A stretch of 63,987 nt of DNA, filler included, from Basidioascus undulatus (Eukaryota), in assembly GCA_000826855.1 (NCBI GenBank). It is 4 parts of 4 records of this genome, joined end to end, with 100 filler letters (N's around TTAATTAATTAA, not from the genome) between each part and the next. Parts side by side here need not be neighbours in the genome. Positions count along the whole stretch, not along the records: positions 16,322 to 32,527 come from JTLS01000599.1; positions 32,628 to 48,830 come from JTLS01000600.1; 2 more parts are not named here. One strand, written 5' to 3'. A model generated the notes under the pieces. It was not told the DNA's origin. It saw nothing but the letters and a program-made list of their open reading frames with translations, and searched no databases. Both the position numbers and the translations under genes were made by a program. Of the stretch, positions 23,531 to 35,625 are shown in pieces; position 1 is the first letter of the stretch, and each line of letters starts with the position of its first letter.

Positions 23531-26159
23531 TAGTATGAGCTGGAGTACGAGATTCATTTGTCAGTTGGACCTGTGCAGCAAGCATTCTTTCTTGATACCT
23601 TTCAGGCATTTCTCATTGTTAAAACTGTTTCCAGCACAAGTTTGGAATCGCGTGATACCGTGTTTCTCTGCCAGTCATGCTTGTGGCGCGTAGCTGGATC
23701 AACTTCTCAGGCTTCAGAATTCTGCTGTTCCACCTCGATCAGGAGCACAATGGCACTTCTATAAAGAAACGCCTGTTTTATCTGGCAATTACCTGTAGCG
23801 ATATAGATTGTCACTGATGCTCTACCTGTCTTGCAGGGTTGTGGTGCTGCTTCCTTGTATTGGTCAAAACTGAACACTGAAGCCTGAGCCTCATATAAAC
23901 CTTATTGTACGAGGAAAGTAAAAGTACTAGTATTAACAAAAAATACTCATTCATACTAATGTTCATATTAATACTCTTACTCCCATACATGTACCGAAAA
24001 GGGTATCAGTAAGTATGAGTATGAGTTCGAGACTTAATGCCTAGCTCGTTTGTGAATTCTGCTTGGGCCGAAAGCCCCGTTGGACTTCTCAAATGCACTA
24101 AGAAGTCCGACAGGTGTGCATCTGAACAGCCTTTTTTTGTTCGTTTTATATAACACTTTATATTTCAAAGGGCAAGCGACAATGAATGTCCGACTCAAGA
24201 AGGCAACGGAAGGCAAGGTGAGCGTGATCGTGCAGAAGCCGTAATTCCAGTTTCCGGCCTGCCTGCAGGTCATCTGGCCTGAGCTGCCCAGAAGGCATCG
24301 CATGCAGCCTTGAGGCAAAGGCAATGTAGGATGCAAATTTTCAAGGGTGTGCAACTGAAATGCTTCAGAGCGGCGGGGGTTAGGAGGCTCACGACAACAA
24401 CTTGCTTGACTGCAACTGCCTCGGTTGTCTCAGAGTGTTCGCAACAGGACGCCCTGCTGAGGGGTCAGACCTGCCTAAAAACAGGGTATTTTCCTCTACT
24501 CATTCTTATGTCAGTGGTGGTCGCTTTGTTCGGGAATTTTCAAATGAGTCCCCCGTTGCCGCATACGGTCGCCGCACAGCCTGCAGCACAGCGTGCACCA
24601 AAGCGTCACGGTCCTATTCTTATCATTTATGAGTATAATATGATCTATATATGAGCCATACAAGAAATCACATGTAAGGGGGGGTCAATTCCTGTTTGCA
24701 ATAGCACGCTGCCGCCCCTGCAATGCCCCGGCTCGCTTCCCCCCTTTTCAACGCCGTGAATTGAACATTCTCGAACATAGCTGGAATGAATTTCTTTAAC
24801 CAATGTTTAAAACGACGACCAAAGATCTGCGAGCACCGTATACGGACACAACCCACTCACGCCGGCCTCCCATCGCTCGCTGCAAGCCGCCTGAGCAGTG
24901 CTACCTGGTGTGCTCGCGAAAGATGTGGGAGACGGCACAGCCAAGTCAAGATTTTGCGCTACCTTTGGAAAAGTCACCGATGAACTTGGTATCCTACGAG
25001 TGAGAAACTGCGTGAAGAGCTCCCGCTATATGCTTAACAGCCTGTATCATTACACGGCGGACCCATGTACGTTGGACGCATGCTCCAGGGAAATATTACG
25101 GACGCGGTTTAGCAACAAAATTGAATCAACCTGGTTTCGTAGCAACAACAGCCGAGCGAGGCTGCGCATTCGCAGTAGGGTTTAAGACGAAACATGGCAT
25201 CTAAACATCGATTCAAAGATGACTGCTGGATATACTTATGGGAAACAGGACGTGCTAGGTACCCGCCTTAAACTAAGCAGAGCACGCTGCGACTACCCGT
25301 CCAGGTTGCAACTCATCCGGATATGGTTGGCCTCGACCTCTCGACGAGCAACTTCCGCCTGCGCAGCCTACGGACGTAAGTCTACGTTGGCTCCGTTGCG
25401 TTCATTGCTCTAGACCGTACCTAGGCTACCTCCAGAAAAGAAAAATTTCAGAATGCGCACGCATCGCTGCGAAGGCGAACAGCGAACGCAGTCCACCATC
25501 TCGGGACTCGCGACCGCGGCCGTCGCCGTCGGTGGCCCGGCCTGCCGCCATCGACGCGTCTCCGCCTTCTCGCTCCAGCGGACAGCCATTTTCCACCCGC
25601 GTTGCACCGCGGGACTCCGACTGCAACGCGTTGCATAGGCATCTCCATACTCCTCCCCACATGCACATGCACTTTCTCCGCACCTGTTTCCCCGCACGAA
25701 ATCTTTCACCCCGCGGGTGCCCTGTCTGACGGGGAGAGTCGGAGATGTGTGGAAAAACGACAACAATGTGGGAGGGGCTGGGGATGGTGGTGCTGGATCC
25801 ACGAAAGGATTTCGATGTCTATGAGCACAAGTTTAGCAACGGAGAAAGCAGTAAAAATATGCTGGAGGGCTATTTGGACTCTCGGGGAACAAACTCAGGG
25901 AGAGTCTGAGAGGGAGCGTCTTCGCCGCGGCGTCATCCCGCTATCGGGTGATTAAGCTAAGTCACGTGCAAAACCCCACTTGCCTTCTCCCAAGTCCATA
26001 GGCAGCCCTCGATGGCGCACCTCGCAGCTTGCTCCTCCACTTTCATCCCTCTCGCTGTTCACGGGTTCCCGCCTTTCTCCCTCCGTCACCGCCGCCTCCT
26101 CCCAGCGTCCGCCTTTCCCCCAAGGCGCGCGCACCGTACTCCGCACACCACCAGGAATC

Positions 26160-28029
26160 ATGTCCCTCTTCCGGATCCCGCACTTCCTCCAGGGCGGGCA
26201 CTTGCAGCACCACAAGGAGGCGTATGAGTTTGGAGAGGTGCGTGGGAACACGCGTTGGAGGGGGGAGCGCAGGCTGATGCGATGGTGGTTGGCGGGTGGG
26301 GTGTAGGTCTTGGGACAGGGCGGGTTTGGGATCGTCACGAAGGCACATGATGTGCAGCATAATATGGATGTGGCTATCAAGAAGGTGCGGTTGCTTCCCC
26401 TCCATCCCTCTTCCCCACCGAGCGCTGAAGGCCAGGAGGGAGCGCGCGCGCAGGTGCCGAAGCGGATCGTCAAAGGTGCGATCCCCCGTCCTGAGTGGGA
26501 TTCCCGTGGAGTGCTGAGAAGCAGAGGGGGGATGAGCAGAACGCGAAGCGTACAAGCGCGTCCTGAACTTCGTGCAGCAGATGGACCACCCGAACTGTAT
26601 TCGCCTGCTGGAGTGGTTCTCGTCCAGCAACAACTACTACGTCGTCTTCGAGCTCGCTACGGGTGGGGACCTGATCGATCGGATCGTGGAGGAGGGGGGG
26701 CATCTGACGGAGGCGGACGCGAAGGGCGCGGTGCGGTCGATTTTGGTGCGTCTTCCCTTCCCCCTTCCCCCTTTTTTCGCAGGGGCTGATTTGATGGGTG
26801 GGGATCAGAGCGCAACGGCGTACCTGCACGAACGAAACGTGATCCACCGAGGTGCGCTTGCGCCGCAGAAAGAGCGAGGGAGATGGGAAGGGGACTGATG
26901 GAAGCGAAGCACGGTCCGGGGCCCAGACATCAAGCTCGACAACTACCTCCTCCGCTCCAAGGGCTGCCCCGCCGACCAGCTCGTCCTCATCGATTTCGGA
27001 CAGTCCGCGATGCTCACCGCGCCGGACATCAAGCTTACTGAGATGTGCGGTACGTGCTCTGCTTCTCCTCGCTCCCAACCTCAGGAGGTGGGCTGATGGA
27101 TTGTAAGGGGTGCAGGTAGTCCGACGTATATCGGTGAGCTGTTTCGGAGCGGGAGTTTGGGTGAGGAGCGCGCGCTGATGCGTGGTTTGGGTGACAGCCC
27201 CGGAGGTGTACGAGCGAATAGGCTATTCCTTTCCCGTTGATATGTGGGCGATCGGGACAGTCACTTTCAACCTGTGCGTCGCTCCCTTGCCTTCCAACGG
27301 CTGCTGAAGTGTTAGGCTGACGATCTTGGTGAACAGGCTCAGCGGCCGAAGCCTGTACTCCACCTCCGCCGACTTCTGGACCATCGCGCGCGAGACAGTC
27401 GCCCTCCGCGAGGTCCGCTTCGCGGACGAGTTCTGGCATGATGTTTCGGAAGAGGGTGCGTTCGTTCCTATTCTGTTAGGCTGGTTTGATTGGAGGAAGT
27501 TGGCTGTTGCTGATGTTGGAGCGGGCTGGACAGCCAAGGACTTTATTCGCAAATTGCTTAAACATGATCCGGACGAGCGGATGACGGTTGAGGAGGCGCT
27601 GTCCCATCCTGTGAGTCGCCGGTTTGCAACGGCGAAAGACACGTTAGGAAACTGAACCCCGGGCTGCAGTGGATCACCCAGCCAACCCCCACCGCCCCTC
27701 GCCGCTCTTCGGTCCCCAAAGACCCCGAAGTCCTGGCCGACGCGCACGCCCCGCTCACGCGCCAAGCGCCCGAGCCGGGCGTGCCCGTGTCCGCCTCGCA
27801 AACGCTGCGCCTCGCGCACGGCGAGCGCCCCGACGACGTCCTGGAACCGCACCCCGACCCGGAGGAGAGCGACACGGTCCGCCCGCTCCCGCCCAAGCAG
27901 GGTGGCGGGGAGGGCCGGCTGGCCAGGGATAAGGAGGGCGAGGAGATGGTTGTGTCCGAGAAGCTCCATAGGAGGCTGTCCGTGGTTAGTCGCGAGCAGA
28001 GGGAGCAGAGGCGGGAGGATGGGGCGTAG
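26160..28029 (+). CDS. CAMK-group (CMK1-like) Ser/Thr protein kinase, multi-exon
   Basis: LGQGGFG, VAIK, HPNCIRL, FELATGGDL, HRDIKLDN, IDFG, CGSPTYIAPE, VDMWAIG, AKDFIRKLL...RMTVEEALSHPW after splicing. Confidence 0.88.
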
Positions 28030-28588
28030 GGGAGGGGAGGAGGGGAGAGGGAGAGAGGAGGGTTATCTATTCTGGATGACTGGTGTATGTGTGAAGCTGT
28101 AATAGTGTACTTATAGCTGTTACTTCATACGGATTTGTGCTGCTCGGGTGTGGGTTGATGCTCGGTTGCGCTGAAGGAGCTGGAGTCGGAGCTGGAGTCG
28201 CGGATCATACCCATGCCTCACTTGTGGCGATTGATTTGTTTCTCCTCACTGAATCCCACTGAACAAAATAGTTGTTGTTTCCTCTCTTAGTCTGCTTCCA
28301 GGCATTGCGGGCGTTTGAGAAGACGGTTTAGTTGCACGTGATTCTTGCGGCGGGCCGGTGGACTTCGCCCCACCGCTCAGCCCACGCTTGACCCATTCCC
28401 TCCCAGAACGTCTCTCGCCTCCCCACACCTGCCTTCTCCCCATCCACGTATTCATTCTCCCCATCCGCAATAACGACCGCCCCCCTACACGCCGCCGACC
28501 CCGGCGCGCAGCCCGCCACATCGCACCCTCCTTCCCTCCTCTTCGCCACCCTGAGCCTATCCCCGAGCCCCAGGGGCCAGCCTGAGCG

Positions 28589-31500
28589 ATGTCGTTCCTC
28601 GGCCGGGCGCTCTCGAGCGCGTACAGCTACTACCGGGACATCAACCCCTCTACCTTGACCGGCGCGATCGACGTAATCGTCGTTGAGCGCCCGAAGGAGG
28701 GGTCCGAGGAGGGAGAGACGGAGCTGGCTTGCTCGCCTTTCCATGTGCGGTTTGGGAAGCTGAGCGTGCTGAGGGCGGCGGAGAAGAAGGTGCGTTTTAC
28801 CTCTTTTCTGCAAAGCTGTCTTGAGGATCTTGTGTGATGGAGAGGGCGATGGGAGCAGGGGAATCAGACTGGCGAAAGAAAGGACAAGACACTGATGGAG
28901 CTGTGTGGGAGCTCCAGGTCACCCTCCACCTCAACAACTCCGAAGAGCCCCTGCCGTTCAGCATGAAAGTCGGCGAGGCCGGCGAAGCCTTCTTCGTGTT
29001 CGAGACGGACGCGGACGTGCCGCCGGACCTGCAGACGTCGCCGATTGTGGGGCCCTCGGAGCAGGAGGACGGCGCGGTGAGCCCACTCGTCGGGCCCGTG
29101 GACGACTCCTACCCGGCGGCGGACGACGACGAGGTCCGTAGCGTCACGGAGGCGGTGTCAAAGCTCGACTTTGCCGAGGCGGAGCGGCGGAGCGCGGAGA
29201 TTATGCAGAGAAGGAGGAGCACGAGGCAGGGCAGCGAGGCGCTCGAGCAGGAACCGGACTTTTTGGACCTGGAGGCGCCGGCTGCTCCGGGATCAGGTGG
29301 GTTGGGAGTGACCGTTATCTTGCTGTCTGACTTTGTATGCTGAAGGGTTGCGTTGAACAGATACAGCAGACTCGAGCTTCGACACGACCCCCTCCACCGC
29401 CAAGCCTTTCACGCCCGCGACCTCCCAGCCCTCCGCCCCCACCTCCCCTCATGACCATGACCCAGCAGACGACTCCGTCGCGCGAACCGCGACACCCGCC
29501 TCCCTCCTCTCCACAGCGGGCGCAAAGGCTTCCTCGCTCGGCAAGGTCGTCGCGAGCGCGGCAACGCACGTCGGCAACGGCCGGGCCGCCAAGATCAAAC
29601 ACTATGTGAAGCGCACCGGCGGCGGTGAGGGCCCGGACGGCGCGGCCTCGGAGAGCGACACGGCCATTCCGGTCCAGTCGGGGGAGGCCGCGGAGAGGGA
29701 GAAGGAGGCTGCGGAGCGGGAGGGCGGCGCGGGCGGGCGCGTCGTGCAGGAGCGGGCGGAGGACGGGGCCGAGACGCAGGGGCACGATCGGGCGGACAGG
29801 TATCTCCCGTGGACGAAGAGCGACGAGGGGAAGGCGCCGGAAGTGCTGTATGCGGATGGTGAGCCTTCAACGGGAGGGGAGGAGTGGGAAAAGGAGGTGC
29901 TGATGCTTGATTGTGAGGGCAGACGTCGTGCTGGATATGGAGGGCTACAAGTCGACGCAGGAGGGCGGCAAGGACAAGGAGAAGCGCTCGTCGGCGGATT
30001 CCAAAGAAGACTCAGATACCCGATGTGCGTCTTCCTTTTTCACCCTCCCTCTTTCTTCATCATCTCATCCCTCCTGTTCCTTTGCGCCGCAGTCCTCCGC
30101 CCCCGCTCGCCCGGCGACTCGGCCCTCACCTCCTTCGCACACGACCTCCTCGCCTCCTCGCACTCGCAGTCCTCCACGCCGACCGACGACCGCCCCCCCT
30201 CCTCTTCCACCTCCGGCCCGCGCGCAGCCTCGCCCGAGCCAGACGAGTACACCTGGGAGTGGGGCGGCTTCCCGACCAAGTCTCCGCACCCCACGCCCGC
30301 GGCCGAGCACCCGCCCTCCACGTCCGCTCTCCCAGCCCCCTCCGGGCAGACTGCGCTCCTCGCCCGCACCGCCGCTGGGAAGGGGCACGCGCACGACGGC
30401 TTGCCTGCCGAGCGCCCGCAGCCCATGCGGCCCTTCTCCGAGTCGGACGCGATCGGTGAGGCGCACGTCGCCGCCGCGCCGGGCGAGAGCGGCCCGCCCG
30501 CGACGCTCCGGAGCGTCGGGGACCCGTTTCACTTTATCCTCGAGATGGAGGGGACGTCGCACACGTTTGAGCTCGCGTTTTGTGCGGAGCAGGCGGACGA
30601 GGTGCGTCTCCTCGCGATGCATTGGCGTATGAGGTGAGGGAAGGGAAGAAGGCTGATGCGGACGGGGATGCGCGGTAGATCGGCGCGGAGGGGTTTGATG
30701 AGGCCCGCGTTACGTTTGAGCAGTTCTTGAGCCAGCCGGATATCGTGGATGACAAGCGGCTCGTGTGCCGGTACCGGGATCGGTGGGTCTGTCTTGACTT
30801 CCCAAACCCCAGACAGACTCGTTGCTAAGCTCAAGCTCCTCATCCAGATACTTGACCTGGGAGACCGCCGGCCCCGTGCTCGCCTCCCTCGCGATTTACC
30901 GCAAGACGCTCGCCGAGCCCGGTTCCGCACATCCGTCCGCCTCCGCCGCCTCCGCCTCCGACGCCGCCTCGCTCGACGAGTCTGCGCCGCCGCCCGTGAC
31001 GGCCCCCAGCTCAAGCTGGGCGCGCTGGTGGAACCGGAGCAAGAGCGACCCCGACCTCCGCCTCGACGCGTCCGCCTCGCCCGCGCCCGCGCCCGAGAGC
31101 CCCCCGCTCGTCGCTACGCCTACTCTTACCGACAAGCCTGTGTTGTCTGAGGAGCCGAAGACATTGCCGGGGCAGGAGCAGGAGAAGCAACCGGAGCAGC
31201 AGCGCCATACGTACGCGAAGACGCTGAGGTTAACGTCGGACCAGCTGGTGCGTTCGGGTTGGGCTTGGGGATAAGAGGAGTTGCTGATGCGACGTGGTGG
31301 GGTGTTGCAGCGCTCGCTCAACCTTAAGAAGGGCGCGAATACCATCACCTTCTCCGTCACTTCCTCGTATTCCGGCGTCGCTATCGCCGCCGCGCGCATC
31401 TTTTACTGGGACTCGGCAGACCAGGTCGTCATTTCCGACATAGACGGGACGATTACGAAGTGCGTCGTTCCTGCTCATCACATCATTGACGGGACGGTAG

Positions 31501-32527
31501 TTCTGACCGCTTCGCTGCACCCCCGCAGGTCTGACGCGCTCGGCCACGTGTTCACGATGATCGGGCGCGACTGGACGCACCTCGGCGTCGCAAAGCTCTA
31601 CACTGACATCGTCAACAACGGGTACAAGATCCTGTACCTCACCTCGCGCGCGATCGGTCAGGCGGACACGACGCGCGACTACCTCAAGGGCATCAAGCAG
31701 AACAACTACCAGCTCCCGGACGGGCCGGTAATCATGAGCCCTGACCGGCTGATGGCTTCTTTGCATCGGTAGGTCCTCTACCTCTTCTTCACTTCGGACT
31801 TGGGCGATGGCTGATGATGGATGAGGGATGGCCGAACAGGGAGGTCATCATGCGCAAGCCGGAAGTGTTCAAGATGGCCGCGCTTCGCGACATCCAGCGC
31901 GTGTTCAGCACGCGCAACCCGTTCTACGCGGGGTTCGGAAACCGCATTACGGACGCCATGTCGTACCGCAGCGTGAACGTGCCCTCGTCCCGCATCTTCA
32001 CCATCGACTCGGACGGCGAGGTCAAGATGGAGCTGCTCGAGCTCGCGGGGTACAAGTCCTCGTGCGTTCCCGCTCTCGTCCCTGCGCTTCGGTTGGTTCG
32101 CGTGCTGATTCTGACTTCGTTCCTGTGCTCGGGAAAGATACATCCACATGACCGACCTTGTCGACCAGATGTTCCCGCCCATCCACCGCAAGTTCGCGCC
32201 CGAGTTCACCGACTTCAACTACTGGCGGACGCCCCTCCCCGAAATCGAGCTGCCGGACCTGAGCCCGCCGTCGCCGGCGCTGAGCGCGCGCTCGGACGGC
32301 TCGAGCCGCCTGAGCATTCTCCGCCTGGGGAACCTCGCCGGCTCGCTCTCGCGCAAGAGCTCGCGCGGTACGATCGGCAGCGGGAGCGACAAGAGCGGCA
32401 GCCCGGTCGTCCCGCCCTCGCAGCGGCAGCAGCACGCGCGGCCAAGCAGCCCGCTCCTCGGACCGGTCATCACCGCTGAGCCTTCCGACGCGGGCGGGAG
32501 CAGCAGCGACGACGAGTTCAGCGGCTC
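28589..32527 (+). CDS. PAH1: Lipin / phosphatidate phosphatase (PAH1/Ned1), cut by contig end
   Basis: N-LIP: INPSTLTGAIDVIVV...CSPFHVRFGK...MKVGEAGEAFFVFET; C-LIP: KTLRLTSDQL, ISDIDGTITKSDALGH, YLTSRAIGQ, FYAGFGNRITD, VDQMFPP. Confidence 0.96.
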
Positions 32528-32627
32528 NNNNNNNNNNNNNNNNNNNNNNNNNNNNNNNNNNNNNNNNNNNNTTAATTAATTAANNNNNNNNNNNNNNNNN
32601 NNNNNNNNNNNNNNNNNNNNNNNNNNN
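32528..32627. other. Artificial contig linker
   Basis: N44-TTAATTAATTAA-N44. Confidence 0.98.
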
Positions 32628-33681
32628 AAGTGCAACCCGAACCCATCAGACGGACTCAGGCTGTCCGCAGTTTACTTTCACGACACAACATCGTGTCCAA
32701 AGGGATCAGCATCAAAGAACGGTCCACGAAGCAATCATTGAGTGTGCCCTTCTTGCCTGACATGCGCACTCTCGAAAGACTTGCTCGCGTACGGGTGACG
32801 AGTCGACGGCAGTCTAGCTGGTGCGAGCACATTTCGCAGCTCATTGACAAACAAAAAGTCGGACATCCCAAAACTTCGCTATTCCCAGACGAAAGACGCA
32901 CAAAATGTTTGTCTCAAAGCCCAAGATGCGCAGAAAGCGACCTTGCTCTGCTGGATATACACGACGAGCTGTCAGTGCAGCACAAGCAGACATGCTTCGC
33001 TTTCACCGGTACACCATAGTTCCGAATAGTTTCTGTGTGTGGATAAATCAGGGCCCGTTATGAGATGGCAAAGGAAAGGGAGAAAGACGTCTGCGACCGC
33101 TCGAATCGCGTAAAGCCGTCACTATGGTATCCGAACGTCTTCCCTTCGCTCCGGAGATGTAGATTTCTGTAGAAATCAACTAGGGGCACTTTTGAGATCC
33201 TCAAGATGCCGAAATTCATTCACCGTTTGTTTTCGATAGTATGCCTCTAGAGATCCGTCGTGCTTGCAGCACAAAATGAACCCAAGTCAGTATTACTGCC
33301 GTTTGAAACTCGAGCCCCTGAAATGTCTGTGCACCAGCGGCCATGAGCAGTCTGCGTCGTAATCCCGCCGTTCTAAAGCTTTCGAGAAGTCTGGGAAGGG
33401 GGATGTGGGGCTTTCCCAGGTACAACTCAGATTCAGATCTGGGAGAGGCTGAGAGAGGTGCCTGTGCACTTTGAAGCGCTCTGCCCCGCCTTTTAGAAGG
33501 CTTTCCGCGTTTCATGAGAACGAGATTTCCAGGATACTATTCCCAGATGGCTATGGAAAGCAACCCATTCTGCCCTCTCATCCATTGCGCTCTGCTGAGT
33601 CCACTCTCTTGCATATTCGTCCCATTCGCGCCTCGCCTTTTCAACATCGCGCAGTAAATCACCCCGAATCCTCTCGAGATC

Positions 33682-34311
33682 ATGCCTGCCTTCCTCACCC
33701 TCCCCGTCGAAATCCTCACCGCGATCCTGGCCTTGGTGTACGGGCTTCCGCCGCGCCGTCGCCCTGTGCCTCGGCACTTCGGTAGCGGGGATCGACATGA
33801 CCCTTGCATCGCACAACCCTCAGTGGCGGAAGGCACCGCAGGTCTACTCATCTGCAAGGCGCTGGAGCCCATCATGGCAGCGATCCTGTACCGTTCGATC
33901 CGCCTCGACACTCGCCGCCAGCGGAATTGCTTCTTCGAATCCACTGCCCTTGAACAAGCCGCACGCTGCACTTCGCTCGAGCTTTACGCCCCCTTCAGCA
34001 AGCCTACTATCCCACCCATCCTGCAGGCATGCCCTGCAGTGCGGCACCTAGAGGTTCACATCCGGTGCGACTTGCCGGATTGCTTCTTGGATGCGCTCGC
34101 AGGATTGCACCCGAACACACCAAGGCTGGAGCACTTTCTTGATTGTTTTAACAGAAACCTCCGGGCTTTGAGCTGGGTGCTCCGCGAGTGGACCGCAGGC
34201 GATAACCTCCGCAAGCTCACGATGCTGCTCGAACACCGACTAGCTTGGTGCTATTGTGGTCTGCTCCCAGTTTCCGCTTTCAGAAGTGAATGTCCCCCAC
34301 ATCTGTCTTGA
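33682..34311 (+). CDS. F-box-like protein, possibly frameshifted and extending to about 34700
   Basis: MPAFLTLPVEILTAIL F-box-like start, LYRSIRL and ILQACPAVRHL motifs typical of basidiomycete F-box/LRR proteins; an overlapping ORF 34256-34927 may be the continuation. Confidence 0.55.
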   Translation: MPAFLTLPVEILTAILALVYGLPPRRRPVPRHFGSGDRHDPCIAQPSVAEGTAGLLICKALEPIMAAILYRSIRLDTRRQRNCFFESTALEQAARCTSLELYAPFSKPTIPPILQACPAVRHLEVHIRCDLPDCFLDALAGLHPNTPRLEHFLDCFNRNLRALSWVLREWTAGDNLRKLTMLLEHRLAWCYCGLLPVSAFRSECPPHLS

Positions 34312-35625
34312 GAGCTGGCCTGAAGACACTGCAACCATCACAGCGCCTGCTTACCTCATTGTTTTCCAAAACCCACATGTTCGCACTCTCGAACTGGCCG
34401 GCAGACCGGATGGACGCTCGCATCTCGATCCTTCGAACTCGTATACTGGTCAGCTAGACGTGCTGCGGTCCCGAATCGAGAGCACTTCAACGCAGGGAGA
34501 TTTCATCCTCGGACCGTTGGGCCCTTTGCGGATCCCAGCATGGACAGCAGTCCCGGTGGCGCTCTTGCTCTCAGGCTTCGCACTCGTCGCAGCTGTGCGG
34601 GCGTGGCATGTAAAGCGGGGCGCTCACCTGCTGCCGCTGCTTCTTCCCACTCCTCACTGCCTGCCTCATCACGCGGTGCGTTTTCTCAAAACAGATGGAC
34701 ACTTGGGGGCTCTAACGTTGACCTTATACTGCAGACCCATCGTTTCTGTTTTGTTCCTCTACATCATTGTCCCGTTCAACTATGGCGTTCCGCAGGCAAG
34801 TCAGTTTCCGTGTTTGATTCCTAGGGCTCACCTGGCACCGCAGTGGGCGTGGGTGGCAGTACTCCGTAAGTTCTCTCGTTTACAGGTCCGCAGCGGCCTT
34901 TGGTACTCATCGGGTCGACCTCAGTGATCCTCTCAATTATGGTAATGCTTGTATCGACTGGCTACAGCGGATGGGTTCTGTTGGGCGTGTGCCGAGTTTT
35001 AAAACATTCACGAGGCGACAGGCAGGAAAGCTGTGATTCCAAGGGCTCCCTTTCTGTGGACATGGATGAGCTGGCTCTTTGCGGGATTGTCTTGGACGAG
35101 TAGCCTTGTGTTGGGATGTACTTTCCTTCACCTTCTTGTTTGCCGTCGCTCTATGCACACCCTTGGATATCAAGCCCACGTGCATTTTGCGCAGTGGCAA
35201 TAGGCAAAGGAGCGTGAATCGGTCCCGGCATCACTTACGAAGTGTAGTCTAGGCCATCAGTTGAATTCGGTACGTCGTTATTTTAATTGAGATAGATGTG
35301 CAGTGCAACCAGAAACTAATGAAGGGGTTCCGTGAGGCCTTGAGTTTGAAGTCAAGTTGAAGGCCGGCAACAAACGCGCCAACGCAGCTATCTCCTCCCG
35401 AATCAACTCTTTAGCAGCTCCACCAATTCCAACTTCATTCCTTCTTTACCCTCTGATACCACTCCAAAGAGGCGGCAATGAGCAAACAATCCGCCCCAAA
35501 CCCATGCCGTCTGCGGCCCATGCGCGTTGCGCGGTGTCCCACTCGGCTGGTCACTAACAACGGTCTCGTTCGCCGTCTATCACACGGCTTTCTGGTTATA
35601 GCGACAAAGATATGTATACATGTTT

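Noticed and set aside
24018..24040. GTTCGAGA T-loop-like motif suggesting a tRNA
   Set aside because: No D-arm, anticodon arm or acceptor stem can be built.
25598..25635. Palindrome TGCAACGCGTTGCA with adjacent hairpin arm
   Set aside because: Single short occurrence with no supporting context.
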